This document shows, piece after piece, positions 1 through 9,876 of a stretch of DNA of 64,000 bases. A program made the position numbers and the translations under genes. Position 1 is the first letter of the stretch, and the number at the start of each line of letters is the position of its first letter. The stretch lies in IMG/VR virus record IMGVR_UViG_3300030108_006260, positions 124,001 through 188,000 of that record. The stretch is one strand, 5' to 3'. The notes beneath the pieces were generated by a model. The model had not been told where the DNA came from. It made no database searches and was given only the letters and a program-made list of their open reading frames with translations.

Positions 1-3000
1 GACCCCATCGTACACCAAAGTCGTAATCAATTTCCATGGGGACAATCATGTCAATACCGAATTCCTCTTTAAGGAAAGAAGGAACTTGGTCTACCATCTT
101 TTCCTGGAGAACGGATACTACCTCCTGAACCATGTCAAAGTCCATAGGAACTTCCATTGTGATAGCATCATGAACGCAGTTAATAATCTTATAGGGTCGA
201 TCATTTCTCTCTATCCAGTCCTGGATGGCCCAGGCACACAAAGCGGTAGTATCACTACTCACTGCCTGTATGGGACTGTTACGTGCTCTTCTCTTAGCTC
301 CATTCTCGTCCTGTTCAAACAGGTCTCTCAAGTGCCTAACTCTACCCATAGGAGTAGAAACGAACCCCATAGACTCAGCTTCTCGTTCGATGTCACTAAG
401 CCACTGGCCTGCTCTCTCAAATTCATTAACGAAGGTACCCTGTAGCTTTAGGGCTTCGTCGGGTGTAATGCCCAGAAGAGAAGCCAGGGTCTTAAAGTGC
501 TGACCATAGATAGATCCGAAACACAAACTCTTTGCCCTCTTACGTTCATCCCCCGTTACATCATAAACAGACTTCTGAAACATGATCGAGGCCACCTTCT
601 TATGTATATCGGCCTCTGCTTTTACTCGATTACCTAGTTCTTCGTCCCCTGTAAGTTTATATTCGTCACGAAGATTTTTCATTTCGTGGAACAACCGGGC
701 ATACTGAGTGTCACCCGCAAGCTGAGCCCACCAACGAACCTCTGCCTGACCAAAGTCGCACTCTACAAGGATATGTCCAGGCGAAGCGCCATAAATAGAC
801 CTAATAGCTGCTTTGGCGTTGTTACCCTTTCCCTTGGGGAGCTGCTGGAGGTTTGGGTCCGAAGAATTGTGCACTACAATTCCATCTACAAGGAATGACC
901 TAGTAGCAGGAACCTCTAGGTCGTACACCTTCTGTGCTCCCAACGATTCCACTCTAATGATTTCAAATGACTTCGAATTTGATTCTAACGCCCAGTGAAC
1001 AAATTCAGCGGACTCGCCGTGCTCTGGCCCAACTGCCGAAGTTACTAGGGACTGTACCTTCCTGGTGATCCTAGCCGTCTTTCTGTTTCGGGCTTTATGT
1101 AATCTATGATAATCAGGTGAGGAGCACCCTTTTCTTCCGATCAAGTTATGATGAATCTTAACAGGCTTCCAAAATGAGTCAAAGTCAAACCAGGAGGGCT
1201 TGAATACACCAAGGTGAATGGAATGCTTACGAATCTGATCTCTTTTTAGAGAGGACCAAAAAAGCCATGAAAGATCTTGGTCATTAGATACCAACACTGA
1301 GTACTTCGTACTGTTACGGTCGGGCCTCTTACTACTGGATATAGAATGGTGAATTCCCAAGCTAGAAAGGAGCAAACCTACTCCCTCTGCAAGTTGCCTG
1401 CTCTCGGTAGAAAGTCTAGGATCTCCAGATGAAGACCCCGCGTCCCCTTCAAATAGACCCTTCAAAAAGGATCGTCTCTCAGACAAACCAGAAGAGAAAA
1501 CAGATTCAGGAACTAAAGCATTCCTAGACTTGTACCCAAAACCGTTCTCGACTAGCCAACGAGATAAATCAACAGAACTACATTCCAGGGTAGGGGAACC
1601 GTTCTCGTAGTAAGAAAACTCTACCCCAAAGACTTCCTTCCACTCTGACGTGAGAAAATCTCTCAGGGGTTTTTCATCCCATCCCAGGGCAATGATAACC
1701 TTAGATGGAACCTTTCCCTTCCTGTTAGGTTCTTTCTTTGTTGGTCGTAGATTGTTGTATCCTATACACCCCTCAGCAACAAAGTGTCCGAGAAGGAATG
1801 CAACTCTGCTGTCCATAGTGGAGGGGAAGGTAGGAGTGTTGGATCGTCCTACAATAGTAGAAGGGGGTGATAGAGTAGAATGATTTGATACATCAGGTCC
1901 CTCTCTACCAGAAATGTAGAGGTCGTCACCCTCTTTCAGGTTCTGTGCCTCCGTCCACTTTCCATCTGAGAATACACGATGAAGGGGTGAACATCGGAGC
2001 TTTTTCCCGTTAGATAAAGTGAATTCAAGTATTTCTTTAGTTCCAGCTTCCCAAGCAGACTTAACTTCTTGAATCCCACGATCAGTTTGTATCAGATCCC
2101 CAGGAACTACCTTTTCAATAGGAACGAGACCAGAGTCCGTAGCTATTCTTGTTCCAGCAGGAAGACAAGCCAAGCGCCCCGTTACTGTGCGAGTAGCATG
2201 GAATCTTGCGTGTATCTTACCGTCTTGTTTGTTATCTGGTTTGGATACCAATATGTCGCTAACAGAGTCCAGGTACGAAGAGATCAGCTTATCTAGACCC
2301 GTATACTCCTTGTATAGAGAAACTACCGGATGTTTCTTGTAATGGTCAAGGTAGGCTTTATCAATCTGAGGCTCGTCCGTCTTCTTTGAAAAAGATATAG
2401 GCTCCAGTCCGCAAGCATCTACAAACAAACGAAGCTTGTGCTCCTTTTTACGGAGGGAGAAAACCCATGGCTTCTTTCCAAAAAGAGGAGTCATCCCTGC
2501 TGTCTTACTGTCCTTCTCAAGAAGGATCTCATTCGCTTTCTTGGCCTCTTCGGAAGCCTTTATTAAACCAGGTATCTCATTGTACCTTGAAATAATAGGA
2601 GAATCTTCTGACTTTAGATAGGACAACTGATCTACATCAGTAGCAAACCCATTTATGCTCATCTTCGTAAGAAGATGAAAAATACGGCTATAAAACTTTT
2701 TAGCGAAAGGAACAGCTGAAGAGTACCCCTGCCTCTCTAGCCAGAGTCGGTAGAAGTCGAAGATCCTTCTCGTGATGTAGGCGTCTGTTCCTCCGTATTC
2801 AGAAAGACGGTCGAGAGAAAGATTCCAAAGGCTACCACCAGAGGCGCCAGAACGAGCAGCAATGGCATCAGATAACTCCGTATCATATGTATAAAAACCA
2901 AGAAGCTCACGTGCCAAAGTTTTAAGTGCAAAACTGGTGAATACTGCGGACTTCTTGCCTCCGTCATCATCACCACACTGATTCTCGTCCTGTAGGTAGG

Positions 3001-4009
3001 CCAAGAACATCGTGTCAACTACTGGCTTTGCGATCTTTTTTAGCTTAAGGAAGTTGAATGTGATACCTCCATCGAACTGCGCGTTGTGCATCAGCCAGAA
3101 AGGTATCTTTGTCTTTCTACTTCCCAGGAGGCGTCTAAGACGCTTCCTTACGTGTCTAAGTTCTTCTTTAGACCAAGGGGACTCCCAGTGCTGAAGAGGA
3201 ATAACGTGTGCTTTATCGTTTGAAGCAGAAAACTGGATAGTAGCTACACGGTTCCGCGCAACATGATTTAGGTTTTCTGTCTCATAGTCGAGGGACACAT
3301 ATGTATCGCAGTCCTGCTCATACCAGTCCATCAACTCATTGAATCTGTCCAGATCCAATATTGTCTCAATTTCTCCTTTAGCAGAGAAAGAGGTAGTCTT
3401 ACCGGAAGCGAACCTTCCTGCTGACCTCATGTGCCTATAGAAGCGTCTCCTCTGCGTGGCAGACTCGCTTCTTAGGTAGGTAGAGGGAGGAAGCGTAACA
3501 AGATGGGTACGCCCGCTTTTAGTGATGTAAGCGTGCCCTCGTAGAGATCCTACGTTTACTTTTTCCCATTCTGGGTTCTCGTTCAAAACCCTTAGTGTAG
3601 TGTTGCCCATCATAACGACAACTTTTGGGTTAAGGGCCTCTATGTCCTGCTTGATATAGTTAGAACATGCGGAAATCTCTTCTGTGGTAGGAGGCCTGTT
3701 AGACCCGTCATCAGCCACAGGACGACAACGTACTAGATTTGCCAGTGCGTAGGACCCATCACTACCAGCTCTCTTTAAAGCAGAGAATATTTCCTTGCCA
3801 CTAGACCCTGCGAATGGCATACCTAGAACATCCTCTGTCCTACTGGGCATGTCACCTATGACCATAACGTCTACTTCGGGTGTTTTCTCGTCAGGACCTA
3901 CCCTATCATAAACAACGTCAGTAGGTATGTACTGTTTTCGTACACGCTTTGATCTGTATAGGGGGCAGGCACTACAAAAGTCCTGGTCTTGATAGAGAGT
4001 GAGTCTCAT
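1..4009 (-). CDS. polA: Family A DNA polymerase with N-terminal family-4 UDG-like (Fe-S) domain, 3'-5' exonuclease and an intein; 3' end runs off the window
   Basis: Not in the ORF track. Hand translation from the ATG at 4009 stays open to position 1. UDG-like part: FCSACPLY, VIGDMPSRTEDVLGMPFAGSSG, NLVRCRP, EEISACS. Exonuclease motifs: SLDYETEN, HNAQFD, YGGTDA. Polymerase motifs: TVTGRLA/SSDPNLQQLP, motif A VECDFGQAEVR, motif B RKRAKSLCFGSIYG, motif C NCVHDAI. Confidence 0.95.
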   Translation of the reverse strand, partial: MRLTLYQDQDFCSACPLYRSKRVRKQYIPTDVVYDRVGPDEKTPEVDVMVIGDMPSRTEDVLGMPFAGSSGKEIFSALKRAGSDGSYALANLVRCRPVADDGSNRPPTTEEISACSNYIKQDIEALNPKVVVMMGNTTLRVLNENPEWEKVNVGSLRGHAYITKSGRTHLVTLPPSTYLRSESATQRRRFYRHMRSAGRFASGKTTSFSAKGEIETILDLDRFNELMDWYEQDCDTYVSLDYETENLNHVARNRVATIQFSASNDKAHVIPLQHWESPWSKEELRHVRKRLRRLLGSRKTKIPFWLMHNAQFDGGITFNFLKLKKIAKPVVDTMFLAYLQDENQCGDDDGGKKSAVFTSFALKTLARELLGFYTYDTELSDAIAARSGASGGSLWNLSLDRLSEYGGTDAYITRRIFDFYRLWLERQGYSSAVPFAKKFYSRIFHLLTKMSINGFATDVDQLSYLKSEDSPIISRYNEIPGLIKASEEAKKANEILLEKDSKTAGMTPLFGKKPWVFSLRKKEHKLRLFVDACGLEPISFSKKTDEPQIDKAYLDHYKKHPVVSLYKEYTGLDKLISSYLDSVSDILVSKPDNKQDGKIHARFHATRTVTGRLACLPAGTRIATDSGLVPIEKVVPGDLIQTDRGIQEVKSAWEAGTKEILEFTLSNGKKLRCSPLHRVFSDGKWTEAQNLKEGDDLYISGREGPDVSNHSTLSPPSTIVGRSNTPTFPSTMDSRVAFLLGHFVAEGCIGYNNLRPTKKEPNRKGKVPSKVIIALGWDEKPLRDFLTSEWKEVFGVEFSYYENGSPTLECSSVDLSRWLVENGFGYKSRNALVPESVFSSGLSERRSFLKGLFEGDAGSSSGDPRLSTESRQLAEGVGLLLSSLGIHHSISSSKRPDRNSTKYSVLVSNDQDLSWLFWSSLKRDQIRKHSIHLGVFKPSWFDFDSFWKPVKIHHNLIGRKGCSSPDYHRLHKARNRKTARITRKVQSLVTSAVGPEHGESAEFVHWALESNSKSFEIIRVESLGAQKVYDLEVPATRSFLVDGIVVHNSSDPNLQQLPKGKGNNAKAAIRSIYGASPGHILVECDFGQAEVRWWAQLAGDTQYARLFHEMKNLRDEYKLTGDEELGNRVKAEADIHKKVASIMFQKSVYDVTGDERKRAKSLCFGSIYGQHFKTLASLLGITPDEALKLQGTFVNEFERAGQWLSDIEREAESMGFVSTPMGRVRHLRDLFEQDENGAKRRARNSPIQAVSSDTTALCAWAIQDWIERNDRPYKIINCVHDAITMEVPMDFDMVQEVVSVLQEKMVDQVPSFLKEEFGIDMIVPMEIDYDFGVRWG
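866..2167 (-). mobile_element. Intein (434 aa) with LAGLIDADG homing endonuclease inside polA
   Basis: In-frame insertion between TGRLA and SSDPNLQQ. It begins CLPAGTRIATDSGLVPIEKV, has block B CSPLH, LAGLIDADG-like LLGHFVAEG and FLKGLFEGDAG, and ends VYDLEVPATRSFLVDGIVVHN followed by Ser(+1). Confidence 0.95.
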
Positions 4010-4027
4010 CTATAAGTGATTTACAAT

Positions 4028-4396
4028 CTAAACTTCAAGAAGAACCGTGCGTAGGTATCCGACCTTTACTGCACGATGAGGAAGTAGGGCGTTAAACTTT
4101 TCCAGACGAGAAGGGTCAGAAAAAACAGCCATGAGTTTTGCTTCCAAGTCTATGAGAAGCTTAGAAAAGCTTCCACGACAAGAAAGGCTAGGAAGGTAGG
4201 AAGACACAGAAAGACCCCCTCCTGTTCCCAAGGGAGCAGACAGGTAAAGTCTTCCTCCCGCTCCTATACGGACACCAGCCTCGTTTCCCAAGGCTTCCAG
4301 TCGGGTACAGATGCTTCTTTGTGGTGTTCTTGACGAGCCAGAGGACCTAGAAATGCTAGGCTTTGTGCCTCTGCTGCCTCTACAATTACATCCCAT
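4028..4396 (-). CDS. Hypothetical protein (122 aa, MGCNC N-terminus)
   Basis: ORF fills the gap between the SNF2 and polA genes and abuts the upstream stop. Confidence 0.6.
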   Translation of the reverse strand: MGCNCRGSRGTKPSISRSSGSSRTPQRSICTRLEALGNEAGVRIGAGGRLYLSAPLGTGGGLSVSSYLPSLSCRGSFSKLLIDLEAKLMAVFSDPSRLEKFNALLPHRAVKVGYLRTVLLEV

Positions 4397-7300
4397 TTAT
4401 TCCTCTGAGTAGGCGTCTAGAATAGACCTTCGATACTCAGGGTACTCTTTACACATTGCAGCTACTTTACGCATCGCAGCTACTTCTTTTTTAGGCCAAA
4501 TCTGGTCTAGAGACAGGCCGAACTTTGCTATCTGCTGCTCAAAAGCGTCCGGATCTTCAAGGTAATAACGCCAGATGTAAAGCCTTTTAGCGAATTTCTT
4601 TATGCTTGAGGCTGCCTCCGTTCGGGTCTGTCCCATGTACAGCCACGTCTGAGATGAATCCCACGATTTGAATCCATGGTCCTTTAGTACAGACAGGACT
4701 CTTTCTTGAAGTCCATCCAGAGTGAAAGAAGCATCAGATATAGTAAAGCAAGGTCTCTGGGCTACCTGACTTCCACTTATAGCCCCGAGTACAGAGACTT
4801 CTAACTGGATAGGAACCCCTCCTGACAAATCCGTGTCTGTTACGCCAGGAATAGGACTGTCTTCTTTTTCGGTAGTAACTTCATTATCAACGGGGGCACT
4901 AGGAGAAGTGTTGGGCCCATCTAGCTGCTGAACAAGGATACCTTTGTGGGCTCTTATCATTGCAAAATGACGTGAGTTTTTCCAAAGCCAGGAAATGTCA
5001 AGGTCATCAGCGTCTAAGTCCAGGTACCCAAAGATCTTAGCAGCAGCAAGAGCATGTATGGGAGTAATTTTCTTTCCACCCGCTTCATGAGCTGCTCTTT
5101 GGAGAAGAGCAAGTGATATCTGACGGTCCTCTTGAGAGGGTTGGTACCCTAGTACTTCCTTACTGTACGTAGGGCTTGTGGGCCTGAAGTCAGAAGGAGG
5201 TGCCGCAGCAGATTTAACTAAGTTCCCGTAGTCAATAGTAGATCCTGGGAATGAGGGATCTACAGGAGCCTGGCCGTAAATCTTAGGAAGTATCTCCTGG
5301 GCGTTTACTATACGTAACGGGTGCTGTGGATGGTTCTGGATGGACTTAAGTATGTTTATTGCTTCTGCTGCGGTGGAGAAGCCTTTGTAGAAGAACCGGG
5401 TATTTGTAGTGAGTGAAAACCCTGACAGTACTCTCTTCATCTGTGGATCAAACTTGAGAGCCAGCCAGAAAGCGGAGTTGAAGTAGATAAATACAGGATT
5501 GATTAGCTGTGTTGCATACCTAGTAGGATCAATGACCCAAGGACTTAAATCCTCGTCAGAAGAAACATAGGGGGTCTCTATCTGCTCACTTCCCTCTATT
5601 TCTTCGCCTGTGGCCAATTCCTTGCTTTCGCTTCCAAAGATCTGGGGAGCTTTCTTGGCTTCTTCGATTTCCTGTTCTTGGATGCGAGAATACACATCCT
5701 GGTACACTGACATCTGTTCGAAGGTATTCTTAGTCTGCATGTTCCTGAGACTCATACCTACAAGAGGAAATGACCGCTCAGCAGTAAAGTCGCTAGTAAG
5801 CTGACGAATCTTGTGCATCTTGGACACCATTCTCATGTACTTTGTCACCTCTGCGGTGCCTTCGGTTAGAATGAGGTCTACATGAACAACTGAGAACCTG
5901 GCAGCGTCTGGGTCGCGAGGAGGAAGACGGTAGGCTCTAGCAATAGTCTGCTCGTAGTCACCGGGGTTCCATGGAAGATCTACACGAATAATCCTATTTG
6001 CCATTTGAAGGTTCTGACCTTCTCTAATGGACTGTTCTACGGCAACAATAATCTTAACATTATCATCTTGCTTGAACTTATCAAGGTTCTTCGACTGAGA
6101 GGAGTCGTAATAAACAGCAGAAGATGCCATGTTCATATTATCAAGTATATGAGAAGCAACTTCTTTGTACTGAGTAAATATTATAACTTTTCCGTTGGAT
6201 GGATCTGAGAAGTGGGAGTCTAAGATATCGTTTATCACTCCTACTTTCGGGCTTACTTTATCCCTATCATCAAATAGGAATGTTTGACCATACTCATCTG
6301 ACTGAGGATTGTTTAGGAACTTATCGACAGCAATAAACTTCTGTAAGAGTGGAAGAAAATCTTCCTCCTCCGAATCGGTAGCCTCGAACTTTTCCAGACC
6401 ACGCCTAATGCGCTCCTGTGCGGCTGCGAGTGCCTTCTTTTTGTTCTCATCCTGAAGGTCGTATCTTATCTCGACCATCTCGTCTTCTCCCTCATCGTAC
6501 TCTACTACAGTGGCAGAAGAAGGAGGTTGCCATGAATCGAGCTGCGCACGTGCCACTGGGTTTGACGCATTAGCATCTCTAAGTTCTCTCTGAAGGGAAA
6601 GTCCTACCGATCCGTAAGCAGCGTCACCTAGCAGCTCCTCGTGTATGATTCTGTCCATGAGGCGTTCATAAACTACCTTTTGAGGTGCTGTTAGTTTAGC
6701 CTGGTGGTACTCTACCTGAAGCTGTGGAAGCTGACCAAGCCAAGCTGACCTACGGATAGCAAGTCCGGCAGACTTGTTTATCCTGTTCCTAATCTGCTTA
6801 ATGGCGCCAGGCTTGAACTCTTCCACACGGCCGGATTTCCTCTTACCTGAGGACTGGGACAAGGCGTACTTCTCAAGGAAAGATTTCCTGTCTCCCAGCA
6901 CAGAGGGGTCCAGGAAGTTCATCTGCAAAAAGATGTCATCGGGACCAGAAGGAGCGGAGGTTCCCGTATAGCACCTTTTGAATGGTACCAGCCTGGACAT
7001 CTGCATAATAGCCTGAGCCTTCTTAGACTGTTTACCAGACGACCCAATACGAACATTGTGGGACTCATCTAAGACAAGCATGTCCACACCTGCCCATGTC
7101 GTAAGCCACGATGCTCTACGGAAAGTAGTTCCCGACCCTGTTTCTACCTGGTCCTCAGATCCTCCACGTATCCAAGAATAGCTTGTAAGTATAATAGTGT
7201 TAGGAGGAGCAGACTGTAGAAGCTTCTTTATCTCATTTAGTCCCTTAAGAGAGTCTCCTACACCTTTCCTAGGAAGACCTGTTCTCTTTGAGACAGCACT

Positions 7301-8467
7301 CGGATCCATCTGCCGAACGGTGTCTGTGTTTATAACAACAAAGTTTACTCCGCCTCGGGTCCACTCTTCCATTTCTCTCTTCTGTTGAGACAACAGAGCA
7401 TTAGGCATAACGATACAAGGGCGTCGTACCAGACCTCTTCCTAACTTGTCTAGAACGTCGGAAAGCATCATGAGTGTCTTTCCTGCTCCTGGATCAGCAT
7501 CGATCATAGCAGCCTTCTTTTCCTTTAGGAAAGAAAGTGCATATGCCTGATGAGGAAGAAACTGTACGTCAGAGCTGATGTGCGGTATCTCGGGAGCTTC
7601 ATCACTATCAACGGAAAGTGACTCATCCTCTGCTGCCTTTTGTTCCTTGTAGTACTCCGCATGTTTATCGGAAAGAAGAACAGCTGCAACAAGGTTTGCG
7701 TAGTTAGAACTAAGCTGTGAGGTCTTTCCCCCACGAGAGTGGACGGGGAGAACACCACGAGATATTTTGTCCTCTATCTTAAGAAGCTCTGTGTCAACCC
7801 ATGACCTGAAATCAGGGTTCCTGCTGTACATGAATAGAGGTATTCCTCCGTCGCGAGACAAATCGACAGAGGATATAGACTTGATCTTCTCTCTACGAGC
7901 GGATGCCTCTGGAGAGTTGTCAGAAGAGTCTACGTGGAACATCTGCTCTAAAGGAGATGGGTCCCATTTCTTCTCTTCTCCAGAGACTGTGCGGAAGGAC
8001 GACGGAGCGTTTACCTTTGAGTCTAAGGTGTGGACAATCATACCAGTATTCTCAGAGAGCTGAGACACGTGGCCAATATTATGAGTGTCCAGGTAGCCTG
8101 ACTTGTCTATGAAGTAGATAGTTCCGTAGTCAATGTCAGTGTAAATTATCTGGTTTCGTACAGACCGTTCCTCTATGGTAGACTCTACTTCTACCAGTGA
8201 CTCTCCAGTAGAAGGGTCTGTCTTTGTTCCTATAGGAAATGTGGCTGTAGTTCTAGGGTTAACCATGCCTTCAGATGGGTGAGGAGGCACGGGAGTCTTG
8301 ATCTTATAACCAGAGAAGTCTACTTTGGAAGAGTTGTTAGCTTGGCTCTTTAGAGAATGAAGGTCAATAGAAAGCTGGGACAGCAAGTCCACCCTAGGTA
8401 TGTATAGAACTGTACCATAGGATCCTATAAAAAGACGGTCTAGCTTGTATTTTGATTTAATATCCAT
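4397..8467 (-). CDS. SNF2/SWI2-family helicase/translocase with long N- and C-terminal extensions
   Basis: Walker A DADPGAGKT, Walker B LVLDESH, motif III YTGT, helicase-C motifs KVIIFTQY, REGQNLQMANRII, LPWNPGDYEQTIARAYR. Confidence 0.9.
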   Translation of the reverse strand: MDIKSKYKLDRLFIGSYGTVLYIPRVDLLSQLSIDLHSLKSQANNSSKVDFSGYKIKTPVPPHPSEGMVNPRTTATFPIGTKTDPSTGESLVEVESTIEERSVRNQIIYTDIDYGTIYFIDKSGYLDTHNIGHVSQLSENTGMIVHTLDSKVNAPSSFRTVSGEEKKWDPSPLEQMFHVDSSDNSPEASARREKIKSISSVDLSRDGGIPLFMYSRNPDFRSWVDTELLKIEDKISRGVLPVHSRGGKTSQLSSNYANLVAAVLLSDKHAEYYKEQKAAEDESLSVDSDEAPEIPHISSDVQFLPHQAYALSFLKEKKAAMIDADPGAGKTLMMLSDVLDKLGRGLVRRPCIVMPNALLSQQKREMEEWTRGGVNFVVINTDTVRQMDPSAVSKRTGLPRKGVGDSLKGLNEIKKLLQSAPPNTIILTSYSWIRGGSEDQVETGSGTTFRRASWLTTWAGVDMLVLDESHNVRIGSSGKQSKKAQAIMQMSRLVPFKRCYTGTSAPSGPDDIFLQMNFLDPSVLGDRKSFLEKYALSQSSGKRKSGRVEEFKPGAIKQIRNRINKSAGLAIRRSAWLGQLPQLQVEYHQAKLTAPQKVVYERLMDRIIHEELLGDAAYGSVGLSLQRELRDANASNPVARAQLDSWQPPSSATVVEYDEGEDEMVEIRYDLQDENKKKALAAAQERIRRGLEKFEATDSEEEDFLPLLQKFIAVDKFLNNPQSDEYGQTFLFDDRDKVSPKVGVINDILDSHFSDPSNGKVIIFTQYKEVASHILDNMNMASSAVYYDSSQSKNLDKFKQDDNVKIIVAVEQSIREGQNLQMANRIIRVDLPWNPGDYEQTIARAYRLPPRDPDAARFSVVHVDLILTEGTAEVTKYMRMVSKMHKIRQLTSDFTAERSFPLVGMSLRNMQTKNTFEQMSVYQDVYSRIQEQEIEEAKKAPQIFGSESKELATGEEIEGSEQIETPYVSSDEDLSPWVIDPTRYATQLINPVFIYFNSAFWLALKFDPQMKRVLSGFSLTTNTRFFYKGFSTAAEAINILKSIQNHPQHPLRIVNAQEILPKIYGQAPVDPSFPGSTIDYGNLVKSAAAPPSDFRPTSPTYSKEVLGYQPSQEDRQISLALLQRAAHEAGGKKITPIHALAAAKIFGYLDLDADDLDISWLWKNSRHFAMIRAHKGILVQQLDGPNTSPSAPVDNEVTTEKEDSPIPGVTDTDLSGGVPIQLEVSVLGAISGSQVAQRPCFTISDASFTLDGLQERVLSVLKDHGFKSWDSSQTWLYMGQTRTEAASSIKKFAKRLYIWRYYLEDPDAFEQQIAKFGLSLDQIWPKKEVAAMRKVAAMCKEYPEYRRSILDAYSEE

Positions 8468-8793
8468 CAGTCGTCGCCTTCCTCGTCTTCTTCAAACTGC
8501 TCAGACATTAGTGTATCAGGCCAATCAGGGTCCTTAGATACTTTATCCCACAAAGAATAGGACTCGCTTCCTTTCAAATCAGGTGAAAGCTTATCAGACA
8601 TCTTAATTAGGAGAGAACACAACTCTCGTCGACGTGAGGGCTCTAGACGATAAATCTTTATAAAGTCCCACCTGACTTGACACCCGTACATGTCGGCCGC
8701 TGTAACTTCTGAGTCGGAAGATCCTGGCCTACCTGTGATGAGGTCTAGGACAGGGAGAGTAGGAACGTCTATTGAAGGAAACCAGTTTGACAT
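8467..8793 (-). CDS. Hypothetical protein (108 aa)
   Basis: ORF coupled to the SNF2 start. Confidence 0.7.
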   Translation of the reverse strand: MSNWFPSIDVPTLPVLDLITGRPGSSDSEVTAADMYGCQVRWDFIKIYRLEPSRRRELCSLLIKMSDKLSPDLKGSESYSLWDKVSKDPDWPDTLMSEQFEEDEEGDD

Positions 8794-8804
8794 ATCATTA
8801 AAAC

Positions 8805-9437
8805 TTAAAAAGAGTAACCCTCTGATTCAAGGGCAGATTTCAGTGTATTTACACAACGCATGCACTTGTGCCTGTTAGTATACCCCTGACTCTTAAGTAC
8901 AGAAGAGAGTTCTCCTATAAGGAAAACTGACTCCTTGTGGGGTGAATATACCCTTCGAGCTAGAATCTTGAGCCTTGATAGAGTGTTTATCGACTTCTGA
9001 GCTTTGATTAGTCTAAGCTTAATATCTTTTCTCATGGCTACTCTCCGTACTAGGTCCTGTATATCAGGCACACGTCTCATTCCAGGATATGCGGGGTTTA
9101 CGTCATTATAAGATAACGAAGGTTCATGTCTTCTACGAGCCACACCGGGATACCAGTGTTCGTATGTGTCTTTTGCTCGTGAAGGAGTCCTAGGCGTCTC
9201 TTTCACGTAAGGAGAAGGATTGTCCTTCTGTCCTCCGTCCCAAGGAACTCGTGAAAGGAAAGAAGGAGATACAGAATCAATGAAGGATTCGTCAGGGTGA
9301 AGAACTAAGTTTAGAACAAACCTATCTGGAACAGAAGACGGACTAACGTTTACGTACGACTCATGACCCTTACTATGGAGGAAAGAGTTTATACGTGAGG
9401 AAAGGTCATGCGCTCTATTCAAGGAGAAAGTCATCAA
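8805..9437 (-). CDS. Hypothetical protein (210 aa)
   Basis: Tightly packed ORF with the backbone codon style. Confidence 0.7.
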   Translation of the reverse strand: MMTFSLNRAHDLSSRINSFLHSKGHESYVNVSPSSVPDRFVLNLVLHPDESFIDSVSPSFLSRVPWDGGQKDNPSPYVKETPRTPSRAKDTYEHWYPGVARRRHEPSLSYNDVNPAYPGMRRVPDIQDLVRRVAMRKDIKLRLIKAQKSINTLSRLKILARRVYSPHKESVFLIGELSSVLKSQGYTNRHKCMRCVNTLKSALESEGYSF

Positions 9438-9724
9438 ACTATTTTCAGGGATCCGCCTGCTGTCACAGACAAAGGTATATTTAACCCAGAAGCAGACCCG
9501 CTAGACCCACTTCCCTTCACAGAAATAGTCGAACTATCCTTTACCTGTACGTATCCTACTCCATTTACTATGGAGTGAACGACACCATTTATCTGTGCGT
9601 TGTTCTTTGGCATAGATATAACACCGGGCTGACCAGGCTTGGGGTTTTTAACAAAACGTACATGATCCCCTGGCTTGGGGTTAGCATACGAAAAGGACCC
9701 GTGGTAGTAGGAAATAGCTGTCAT
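9434..9724 (-). CDS. Hypothetical protein (96 aa, possibly a small beta-barrel)
   Basis: ATGA-type overlap with the downstream gene. Confidence 0.65.
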   Translation of the reverse strand: MTAISYYHGSFSYANPKPGDHVRFVKNPKPGQPGVISMPKNNAQINGVVHSIVNGVGYVQVKDSSTISVKGSGSSGSASGLNIPLSVTAGGSLKIV

Positions 9725-9876
9725 TTACTCAACTTCACGTAAGTTTTCTCAAGACGGGCCAGCAAATCTAGGCACCTCTTGGAAGCCTGTAATCTTTTCT
9801 TCAGGTCTTCCCTTTTTTGATGGTTTTTACCAAGTACAGGAGACTTGGCCTGGCTTTTGTCTTTTTTAAAAGTCAT
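9721..9876 (-). CDS. Small basic protein (51 aa), below the ORF-track cutoff
   Basis: MTFKKDKSQAKSPVLGKNHQKREDLKKRLQASKRCLDLLARLEKTYVKLSK*. Start and stop both overlap the neighbouring genes in ATGA fashion. Confidence 0.7.
   Translation of the reverse strand: MTFKKDKSQAKSPVLGKNHQKREDLKKRLQASKRCLDLLARLEKTYVKLSK

Noticed and set aside
86-3194. Short ORFs listed in the track, including 2737-3018 (-)
   Set aside because: All overlap the continuous polA frame, which carries all the polymerase motifs.
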